Source of the DNA: Octopus sinensis
Lineage: Eukaryota
Length of the DNA stretch: 51,341 nt
Assembly (NCBI RefSeq): GCF_006345805.1
Contig: NW_021834347.1
Location: 1-51,341, forward strand
Direction of reading: 5' to 3'
The translations under genes were made by a program, and so were the position numbers. Positions 10,815 to 21,210 of the stretch are shown piece by piece (within the stretch, counting starts at the first letter, position 1; every line of letters begins with the position of its first letter). The notes beneath the pieces were generated by a model. It searched no databases and was not told the DNA's origin. It was given only the letters and a program-made list of their open reading frames with translations.

Positions 10815-12588
10815 TCGACCAAAGATTGGTCAAGTTTTGTTCAAGTAGTGAGTTCTTGTTGGGTGAGTTGTATCCAATTATGGGTGGCTTATCTGGTATT
10901 CTTTGAAGGAATCTATCCAGACTGTTTGAAGTTGATGGGATCCTTTTCCTCTTTGATCTCCCTCGGGACAATGTTAAATAGGGCAGGGCCTGTTGAGGAA
11001 AAGAAATTATGTTGCAGTGTACATGTATGTTGTGATCTTGAATTAGGCAGGGGTCGTATGGCCCGTGGTCCCAGTCTTGGATGAACCTTGAAGCTAATGT
11101 TAAGGTCGTTTGGGCAAAGTCGGCGGTATATTCTCCACATCGTACAAATGATGTACCGCTCACGGCGACACTGGAGGGAGTAAAGTTTCAAGGCTTTAAG
11201 GCGATCCCAATAATCGAGAGCAGCCATGCCTTCAATTCGTTCCGTGAGTGCCCTCTGGGGTGACTCAATTCTGGAGATGTTTTGTCTTGTATGGGGAGAC
11301 CACAGTGGGCAGCAGTATTCAAGGTGTGGCCGTACAAAGGAGGAAAAAAGTGGTATGATGACACCTTGTTCTCTGGACCGGAAGGTTCTTAAGATCCAGG
11401 AACTCATCCTACGACCTATATCGACCTTCTTGTTGATGTGTGCACTCCAACTGAGATCGTCATCAACAATTACACCCAGGTCTCTGATATTGTTAGAGGC
11501 TGTGAGCGGTTCCCCTGAAGGAAGAGGGTATGGTTGTTTTAGTGAGGAATTTCTTCTAAAATGCATCAGCTCAAATTTTCCCTCATTCAGTTGCATTTTA
11601 TTTCTGTCTGCCCATTGACTCACAGCATATAGATCAGACTGGAGTTGAGTTCGGTCTGGTTCTTCATTGACGATTTGCTGGAGCTTAGTGTCATCAGCAA
11701 ATATTTTCACTTTGCAGTAATGTACAGCACTGGAAAGGTCGTTTATGTAAATTATGAAGAGTAGCGGACCCAAAACAGTCCCCTGGGGAACACCGCTGGT
11801 AACTTTTGCTGGGCTTGAGTGGACTCCATCAACTACAACAATGTGATGTAAGAGCTGTGTTAGACAGTCCCTGCCACAGCGAAAGCCATGCTGATTTGCA
11901 TTTAGGAGTTTGTGGGTTTCCAGGAAGTCAGCTATCCTTGATCTTAACACTCTTTCAAACACTTTAATGATGTGGGAGGTGAGTGAGATTGGGCGATAGT
12001 TGACTGCGAGGGATCTGTTTCCCTGTTTGAAAACCGGGATGACCGACTGGGATAGAAACTGTTTCGGTATATAACCTGCGTCTAACGAATTTCTCCAGAG
12101 GTTGGTCAGAGGGACTGCAAGCAGGTGTCTACATTCCTTCAGGAGACTAGCGGGGAATCTATCAGGGCCTACAGCGGAGTAATATTTGACCTCATTTATT
12201 GCTGCTACGATGTCAGTGGCAGTGAAGGTTATGTCTGTGATTTTGTGTTGGGAGTCAACTTCGTTCGTTTCTCTTACGTCAATATCAGTGGGAACACTAA
12301 AGACAGAGCAGTATTGTTTCTGCAATATATCTGCCATTTCTTTAGCATCGTGTTGGGGAATGCCGTTGTCATCAATCAATTGCCCAATGGGTGAGACAGT
12401 GGCTCTATGCTTATTTGCATAAGAATAGAACACTTTTGGGTTCTGTTTGATGTTTTTGATTACCCACTGTTCCTCCACAGCTCTTTGATTTTCAATGGAG
12501 GTTTTCATGTTGGTCTGCAGATGAAGTTTTTCCAGCTCTAGTCTTTTCATTGTTGTTGAATGTGGATGTTGTGTGGGGGAATATTTTA
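10815..12588 (-). mobile_element. 5'-truncated CR1-type LINE with internal in-frame deletion
   Basis: AVGPD, NYRPISLTS, QHGFR, SGVPQGTVLGPLLF, FADDTKL, VRPHLEYC. No APE domain; motif A (DFxKAFD) is absent. Confidence 0.9.
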
Positions 12589-12792
12589 ATATATATATAT
12601 ATATACTAAGCAATAAGGGTTTAGCAACGAGTTGCCTTACCACATACCGAATTTAGAAATAGCAGTCAAAGGGTTATAGCTATTTCTTCTACTAAAAAGG
12701 GAGATCTCAGTAAAAACAGCATTTGGAAGGCAGACACAAACAGGTAAGAGAGAATGAATTGACTGCAATCTATCATACATTTTTTTTTTAGT

Positions 12793-12904
12793 TATCCACG
12801 GACGTACGTTTCGAAATCAAGTTTTTAGGAAAGCATAAGAATTAAATATTAAATATTAAATAATTCTATCTTACCGAAACTTCTTTTCTCTTCAGCGTAG
12901 AATA
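12793..12904 (-). ncRNA. Type I hammerhead ribozyme, canonical core
   Basis: TATTCTACG-CTGAAGA-[long stem II]-GAAAC-GTAC-GTC-CGTGGATA. Confidence 0.85.
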
Positions 12905-13392
12905 CTATAATCATAAATGATTATATATTGAATTTTGAGATACCAGAAGGCACCAACTCAACTCAGTATCAGAGCGAGCTAGAATCCGCAACTGGTATCA
13001 CCGAATTCAATTTGTGAATGAAACGATTGTGTCAACAGCCCCTTCCCACCCGCGTGTAGCCAAAACAAGATGCTGTGGTCATCTACTGAGATAAAATATG
13101 GTTATCCGTAATAATGAAGGGTGAAATTAATTAATTTGGAAAAATTATCAATTACACCAAGTAGTCTTCGGCATGTAAAAGCCTCATTCGAGGAAAATTT
13201 AAGTAATACTAAGCAATAAGGGTTTAGCAACGAGTTGCCTTACCACATACCGAATTTAGAAATAGCAGTCAAAGGGTTATAGCTATTTCTTCTACTAAAA
13301 AGGGAGATCTCAGTAAAAACAGCATTTGGAAGGCAGACACAAACAGGTAAGAGAGAATGAATTGACTGCAATCTATCATACATTTTTTTAGT

Positions 13393-13504
13393 TATCCACG
13401 GACGTACGTTTCGAAATCAAGTTTTTAGGAAAGCATAAGAATTAAATATTAAATATTAAATAATTCTATCTTACCGAAACTTCTTTTCTCTTCAGCGTAG
13501 AATA
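13393..13504 (-). ncRNA. Type I hammerhead ribozyme, canonical core (tandem copy)
   Basis: Same motif as 12793-12904, 600 nt downstream. Confidence 0.85.
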
Positions 13505-14099
13505 CTATAATCATAAATGATTATATATTGAATTTTGAGATACCAGAAGGCACCAACTCAACTCAGTATCAGAGCGAGCTAGAATCCGCAACTGGTATCA
13601 CCGAATTCAATTTGTGAATGAAACGATTGTGTCAACAGCCCCTTCCCACTCTCTTACCTGTTTGTGTCTGCCTTCCAAATGCTGTTTTTACTGAGATCTC
13701 CCTTTTTAGTAGAAGAAATAGCTATAACCCTTTGACTGCTATTTCTAAATTCGGTATGTGGTAAGGCAACTCGTTGCTAAACCCTTATTGCTTAGTATTA
13801 CTTAAATTTTCCTCGAATGAGGCTTTTACATGCCGAAGACTACTTGGTGTAATTGATAATTTTTCCAAATTAATTAATTTCACCCTTCATTATTACGGAT
13901 AACCATATTTTATCTCAGTAGATGACCACAGCATCTTGTTTTGGCTACACGCGGGTGGGAAGGGGCTGTTGACACAATCGTTTCATTCACAAATGAATTC
14001 GGTGATACCAGTTGCGGATTCTAGCTCGCTCTGATACTGAGTTGAGTTGGTGTTCTTCTGGTATCTCAAAATTCAATATATAATCATTTATGATTATAG

Positions 14100-14215
14100 T
14101 ATTCTACGCTGAAGAGAAAAGAAGTTTCGGTAAGAAGATAGAATTATTTAATATTTAATATTTAATTCTTATGCTTTCCTAAAAAACTTGATTTCGAAAC
14201 GTACGTCCGTGGATA
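14100..14215 (+). ncRNA. Type I hammerhead ribozyme, canonical core (inverted copy)
   Basis: CTGAAGA 14109-14115, GAAAC 14196-14200, GTC 14205-14207; predicted cleavage after 14207. Confidence 0.85.
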
Positions 14216-14497
14216 ACTAAAAAATGTATGATAGATTGCAGTCAATTCATTCTCTCTTACCTGTTTGTGTCTGCCTTCCAAATGCTGTTTTTACTGAGAT
14301 CTCCCTTTTTAGTAGAAGAAATAGCTATAACCCTTTGACTGCTATTTCTAAATTCGGTATGTGGTAAGGCAACTCGTTGCTAAACCCTTATTGCTTAGTA
14401 TTACTTAAATTTTCCTCGAATGAGGCTTTTACATGCCGAAGACTACTTGGTGTAATTGATAATTTTTCCAAATTAATTAATTTCACCCTTCATTATT

Positions 14498-14538
<41 letters not shown>

Positions 14539-15727
14539 AAATATACATTAATTGAAAACTAAAAACAGCTCATTAAACTATATACATTAATTAAATCAGA
14601 TTATTAATTAATATATTTATTTAATAAACATCCAAATACAGTCTAATACCCATTAAGCAATTAATTCTATAAACTTTAAATTTAATTAATTTACACAATG
14701 CTGTACAAGCCATAAATACTGGAATTAAAATAAGAAATGGTTCAAATATAGACACACCCATTATATAAACTAACTATATAATTAATATATATGCAGAATC
14801 TGTAGATTTAATATATCACACAATAATATAGTTGACCAAAATATTAATTAATATAAAAACTAATTTACTTAAATGTAATACTACTTGATAAATATACCAC
14901 CTAATTATTAAATTTTTGCACATTACTTAATCATCGGTATATTATATTATTTTTTATCTTATATTTAATATTTCTATTATATGTAATTTTCTAGATGGTG
15001 TAATTTAATTTTTCATTTTGAATTGGCAAAGGGTGTTATTTTCTAATTTATATATATATATATATTATATTTTGTGAAATTTGATTTAGTATTTCTATAT
15101 TAAATTTTTCCCTGGACGTTTGGAATAATATTCCCTCAAATTATTATATATATACGTAAATTACTGTTTGTAGGTAAAACCGCATTGTGAATTTAACAGC
15201 GCCACATCTTGTCGAACTGTGATTGTGCTGATGATGAAAAATAAGCTAGAAAAGGCGATACATAGATATTGTTTTGTCGTGAGTGGGAATGCGAAACCCT
15301 CTTGTTCGAAAATATAAGGAGACGGATGGTGTGTCGTATAGCCAGCTGGAGACGATCAGCAATAATATTCCTCCTGGCCACACTGCCACGTCGTGTTGGG
15401 AAATAAGGAAATAATCTTTAAGATATATATATATGTGTGTGTGTATGTATATCTATTTATATATATGTATGTACGTTTGCTTGTATGTATGCGTAAAAGA
15501 CTTTCTCACCTTCCCGAGCGTTAAACTAATACACCTGTTTGTTGTTTATACACATATATATATATATATAAATACATATATATGGAAGGTATTGGTATCT
15601 AGAAGACCCAAAGAGTGGCAGTTAACGCTAAGTACGTGTTATACAAAGACCATAGTTAAACCCTTGTTTCGTTAGTGATATGAATGAGAAGTTTAACATG
15701 GTTCTTGTATAAGCATGTATATATATA

Positions 15728-16201
15728 TCTATATATATAAAACTGTAGTTGTGTGAGAGTATGTCCCCTTCGATACCCCAAATTCGGGTATCTTATAGTC
15801 GTGATACATATCGAGCCCGTCTGAGTATTAGCGCGCGTCTACGATGAGTCTACGATTTTAAAAATAATTTAACATCACTTTTTATTCCATTTTAATGCAT
15901 AATTTTTCGTGTGTCGATGGCGGTGGAGTTGGCGTCCATGGTCACACCTGCACCTGTTTGCTTCTCCCCCTTCTTCCCTCCCTCGTGAAGCTGTGGGGAA
16001 GGGAGTGTAAGGAAATCAACGTCGTAAAGCGTTGTCAAGGAGACCAGCGTTCTTTTAGAACAACGACTTCATGGCTTGAAGACACCAAAACAGAAATAGC
16101 TAAGAAAGCCCGAATTGGCATCTATAAGGGAAGTAACTCTCTAAAAATGCTTATATAGTTATTTCCCTTACAAACCCGAGCAACGCCGGGCGATACTGCT
16201 A

Positions 16202-16202
<1 letters not shown>
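15728..16202 (+). mobile_element. Complete non-autonomous Helitron (~475 bp)
   Basis: A|TCTATATATATAAAACTG start; CCCGAGCAACGCCGGG hairpin 8 nt before CTAG|T; no TSD; (TA)n context. Confidence 0.8.
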
Positions 16203-16256
<54 letters not shown>

Positions 16257-16261
<5 letters not shown>

Positions 16262-17110
16262 AAATGATATAACAAAGCCAAGGCTTTGAAAAGTTTTCAT
16301 GACATTTATAAGGAACGAGATATATAGTCCAACTGCTGTTTCTGGTATATTATGGATATCCCTTCATCAGAGACGATGAAATGGTTAAATAAAGGTGAAT
16401 GTTTGAGTTCGAAGTAAGGAATTATTATGGAAAATGATGAGATAGGGAATATAGAGGAATAAAAGAGAATGAAAGTAGAAATATGATATAAAACATTGTA
16501 GTTGCACTTCCATTATTTGGGTAAAGGGGTGTATAGAAGGAGTAAAAAAATTACCTGTACAGAGTATGTAAGTCCCAATAGTAGTTTATGATTAGTCATT
16601 TCTAAATATATAGAGCCGTGGATTCTGTGTTGCCCATTCGAACGGTTTTTGTGGTGTGAAGGAAAGTTTGGGAATGTAGTGGTAGTATTTGCGGATAGAT
16701 GGAGGTGGAAGAGATGTGTGTAATAAGAATGTGGAGATAGGTCAAAATGAAGACAGGAAAATAAGAGGAAGCGAGAAAAAGAAAAAGGATAAAAATTTAT
16801 AATAAAAGAGACAAGAATAAAGTGAAAAGAGTGAAACAAGAAAAGAAAATAAAGAGAAGAAAGGGTGAAAGAAGTGAGAAAATGAGTATCAGTTGGTGGT
16901 CAAGATAATGTGAGGGGGTGGGAGAGGAGAAGGAAGGGGTGGATAGGAAGAGATGAGAAGGTAAGGAGTGAATAAGTGTGAGATATGTGCGTAGGGGTGA
17001 TATCATAGAGCTTTATTTAGGTATGGGTAGAGAAAAGGTATAGGTAGGGTGATACCAAAGTGAGTAGGAAAATTTTAAATAGAGGGAAAAATACAAGGAT
17101 GTCAAATTTT
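16257..17110 (-). mobile_element. Decayed PLE 3' remnant with tail
   Basis: Pyrimidine-rich spacer on minus like 6170-6470; residual HHKNRSNGQHR resembling a GIY-YIG C-terminus; HHR in tail. Confidence 0.5.
16327..16374 (-). ncRNA. Type I hammerhead motif
   Basis: GTCT-CTGATGA-A-GGGATAT(CCATA)ATATACC-A-GAAAC-AGCA-GTT-GGAC. Confidence 0.65.
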
Positions 17111-17226
17111 TATAAATAGAAGTATGTAATAGGTAGGAATCAGAGAGGAGGAAGGGTACAATGATATACGTACGCGATTACACACGTATATATACATGTG
17201 CGCATATGCATAAATACACACACACA

Positions 17227-17288
<62 letters not shown>

Positions 17289-17503
17289 CATATGTACATA
17301 CACGTGCATGATATCGCGCATCCATAAAACTATTCATACACGCACATGCGTGCGCATTCATATACATATACATGCATACGCACATACATATGCGCAGGGG
17401 CAGACTCAATATATTGCTCGGCGATCCTCAGTAGAAGATACCATTAATATACAAGCGAAAAATATACGCACTCACTGGTAAGTTCACTCGTAGATACTGT
17501 TAA

Positions 17504-17735
17504 GGTGGTGAGCTGGCAGAAACGTTAGCACGCCGGTCGAAATGCGTAGGCGTATTTCGTCTGCCGCTACGTTTCGAGTTCACATCCGCCGAAGTCGACT
17601 TTGCCTTTCATCCTTTCGGGGTCGATAAATTAAGCACCAGTTACGCACTGGGGTCGATATAATCGACTTAATCCGTTTGTCTGTCCTTGCTTGTCCTCTC
17701 TCTGTTTGTCCCTTGTGGGTAGTAAAGAAATAGAT
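17504..17735 (+). mobile_element. tRNA-derived SINE
   Basis: GGTGGTGAGCTGGCAGAA head, GAGTTCACATCC B-box-like, TTGCCTTTCATCCTTTCGGGGTCGATAAA body; reverse-strand relative at about 39625-39745. Confidence 0.75.
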
Positions 17736-18234
17736 AACAATGCACACATATTTGCTGCGTATACTTTTCATCCTCCAGCCCAACTCGATAAAGATATAAT
17801 CGTACCTGTGACTGAATATAGAGAACACGTTTTACAGTGGAGTGTAGGTATTTGACATCTACTTCTAGCATAGGCGCTGGTCATGTCCAGCAGCCCTTAT
17901 TTATAACTATATCTTTATAATCATATATGTAAATAAGTAATGTTACCTATACGGTAATTTTTATGTGTTAGGACACTGATGTAATAATATATATATATAT
18001 ATATTATATATATATATATATATTATGTGAAATAGAAAGATGAATAATCTTGTAGTAGATTAATCAAAAGTTTAACCGATACCTTAGTAGCAAAAATCAC
18101 AGCAGTGAACAGCACGGTTGGAGGTACAACCATCTGGCGTTGCAACCGTGCGTTGGTGCGGATAATTGAAATTAAAACATTATTGGTGAATTGAAGAAAT
18201 GGAGCTGAACGCAGATTGAACAGAAATCGTTTTA

Positions 18235-18323
18235 TTTCATTCTACACGTGTTTCGAAAGGCACAAATTACCAAAATCCGATTGAATAATGGGACCATATT
18301 GTGTCTTTCTCTTCAGGAAGAAA
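18235..18323 (-). ncRNA. Type I hammerhead in inverted PLE terminus
   Basis: Reverse complement of 20864-20952. Confidence 0.8.
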
Positions 18324-18372
18324 AAAGGAAATCCGTTGGAAAAACAAAAACAGAACAGAGGCAGAGCAAAAA

Positions 18373-20252
18373 TAGTGTGCTAAATAAGGCCCTCTGGCAT
18401 GCTCACAACAAGGCAGGCCTCACCAGAGAAGAGATAGATATCATTTTAGTTGCCAGGAAATCGTTTATTAAGTTTGATAATAAGCTGTGGATCCGTAAGG
18501 ATACTCCCAATGAATTTGATGTGCCTATGGGTAGTTCGGATAGTGCGCAGATAGCCGATTTGGTCGGAATATATATTCTCTACGAATTGTCCGATCAATT
18601 CCCGGAAATCGCGGGCGGCCTGTATCGTGACGATTGTCTGTTTTACCTGCAAAACACCACGAACAGAATAGTGCAGAAAACTAAGAGCAGGTTAGCTAGG
18701 TTTTTTAATAGAATGGGCATGAGTATAGTTTTTGATAACGAACTCACCAAGGCTAATTTCCTAGACGTTACACTTAACCTAATAGCGACTCATACTGCCC
18801 TTACCATAAGCCTTCCACTAATTTGAAGTATGTCAGTGTCTTCTCAAATCATGCCAAAACCGTAACAGACAATTTGGTTAAAAACATCTCTCTAAGATTG
18901 TCTGGCCTGTCCGCCAGTGCCGATATTTTTATGCAGAAAGCGGATTTTTATAACGCCGCACTATCCAAGGCCGGTTATAGGCAGAAGGTAATTTATATTG
19001 ATCCGGCCCTTCCGATGCCATCATTCGGTCATCAGGATAGGGCCGTATATAATAACATTAACATTTTAAGTAAGGACGGGAGCGCGGCGGATACCGGGGT
19101 AGTCGCTCCCGCATTTAATTTAGCGAACAAGGATAATTATCGGTCCGGGAGGTCTTACACTAACCCAAGACCCGTTATTCATCCGAGAATCACCCACCCA
19201 AATGCGAGAGCTGGCGTCCCGACCCATCACACTGATAGGAATAAGCATATATGGTTTGTAATCCCCTTTGGTAAGCAGATTAGAACTAACCTCCCCCTCA
19301 TGTTTAGACAAGCCATCGCCAATAACTTCCCCAGAAATTCCAAATATTACTCCACGGTTAACTCACATAAAGTTAGGATAGCTTTCTCCAACACTAAAAA
19401 CCTCGCCCAGATAATCGCCTCCCATAATAATAGGCTACTTACTAAGACCCTATCACCTTTTTCCGGAGGCACAGCCTCTTCCGCTCCCGGTTTAATGCTC
19501 AGTAGGAATAATTATAGTAGTAATAATGATATGAGAGCCAGTACAGTGACACATAATCTCAGCTCCAGCCAGGGAGTACCCACTAGGGGTATAGTTATAA
19601 ATAGGGGTGTTGTGGTTGATGGTAACAATGGGAGTAGGGTAGAGAGCCCCTTTAGCATCCCCAGCATCATTTCCCGCAATAGCAGTACCACGGGCAGTAG
19701 CAATGACAGCACTCTGATAGATAGTGGAGAATCAGGGGTTATTCCTATAGTTAATAGTGACGTAGTGGAAAATAGAGTAGTAAGCGGCTGCAGGTCTCGG
19801 AACGAATATAGTGACAGGAACGCAGTTCTAATTTCAGAAACCAATCCTAGCAGAGTAAGATTCACGTCGGCGAACTCCAAGATCAAAAACGCCGTCTACC
19901 AATGCAAGGTTTACACGGACTCAGATGCCTTCACTTATATAGGGGCATCATCCTCAAGATTGTCTTTGCGTGTCTCCAACCATTACGCAACTTTTCGGGA
20001 CGTGAACAAGCGCCAGACCACGGGACTCAGTAAGCTAATATGGCGACTGAAGGATGCGAACTTAAGCTATAGGCTGGAATGGTCAATTTTGTCGGTGGCC
20101 CTCCCATTTGATAGGGGCAGAAGACAGTGCAACCTTGTGTCTCCGAACTCTTCCATATTTTGTTTGCCAGAGGCCGGATGGTAAACGGGCTCTTACAGTC
20201 GGCTTTTCGATGCCCCCATTGGCGGCGTTACACTTATCTGGCCTTTAAATAG
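18373..20252 (+). pseudogene. 5'-truncated upstream copy of the PLE ORF
   Basis: Near-identical to 22017-23898, with 1-nt deletions in T runs near 18787 and 20135. Confidence 0.9.
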
Positions 20253-20863
20253 CGTTTATAAATAAGACCGGCACCCATAGCCCTTGGTAGCAAATTCTGA
20301 AATAGATTTTAAGATATCTACAATTAACCACTGCAAGGGAAATTACTCCTGTAAGACAAACGGGGCTTGTTTTTTCACAGCGGGGGGTTTCCTTGTCAAG
20401 GTAGGCTTAGATGAACACACACACACACACATAAAACATAAAATATATATATATAATTTCTTTATTTTTTTTCTTTCTGCCACCCAACGGTTATCACGGC
20501 AGTAGCCACTGACAGCCGAACGATCAAACGCACACACGTACACAAAAAATGTTTTCTACCCCTACGCCAACACACACATATATAGAACAGTATACACACA
20601 CACACGTCTCTAAGTAGATTTTTTCTCGCCCCTTATAAAACATCCAATATTCTTTAAATAGTCAGAACTTTATTCTCGGTCACAAAGAACATCTATACAC
20701 CCTCACCCACATGTTTGACCGATGCCTGACCTGTTGAATTCTTCAGCCACCGGTTCTCAACATACACTGATAAACAGTTTCGCCATGGGCTCTTAGGAGC
20801 ACAGTTCGATTTGTTTTTTGCTCTGCCTCCGTTCTGTTTTTGTTTTTCCAACGGATTTCCTTT

Positions 20864-20952
20864 TTTCTTCCTGAAGAGAAAGACACAATATGGTCCCATT
20901 ATTCAATCGGATTTTGGTAATTTGTGCCTTTCGAAACACGTGTAGAATGAAA
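20864..20952 (+). ncRNA. Type I hammerhead ribozyme in PLE pseudo-LTR
   Basis: TTTCTTC-CTGAAGA-GAAAGACAC...GTGCCTTTC-GAAAC-ACGT-GTA-GAATGAAA; predicted cleavage after 20944. Confidence 0.82.
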
Positions 20953-21210
20953 TAAAACGATTTCTGTTCAATCTGCGTTCAGCTCCATTTCTTCAATTCA
21001 CCAATAATGTTTTAATTTCAATTATCCGCACCAACGCACGGTTGCAACGCCAGATGGTTGTACCTCCAACCGTGCTGTTCACTGCTGTGATTTTTGCTAC
21101 TAAGGTATCGGTTAAACTTTTGATTAATCTACTACAAGATTATTCATCTTTCTATTTCACATAATACATACCGCTTCGTCAAGAAACTGCTACTTTAACC
21201 GACGCCAATA

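Larger units (their letters stand above)
12603..14503. mobile_element. Retrozyme-like HHR element, locus B (~600-603-bp monomer; ~1.7 direct plus ~1.4 inverted units)
   Basis: ATACTAAGCAATAAGGG at 12603 and 13206. Inversion junction near 13650, and the inverted unit repeats at 13651 and 14254. (TA)n on both flanks. Confidence 0.8.

Noticed and set aside
13805-13850. CTCGAATGAGGC(TTTTACAT)GCCGAAGAC, a second HHR-like motif in the monomer
   Set aside because: Core is not CTGANGA, GAAA is not conserved between loci A and B, and there is no stem I
12603-14503. CRISPR-like or satellite interpretation of the repeats
   Set aside because: Eukaryotic context, no repeat-spacer pattern, and only 1-2 units per orientation
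19512-19886. Antisense 124-aa ORF (also 23157-23531)
   Set aside because: Shadow of the low-complexity PLE linker
18780-20140. Frameshifts in the upstream PLE copy as programmed events
   Set aside because: Both are 1-nt losses in T runs, consistent with mutation or sequencing error
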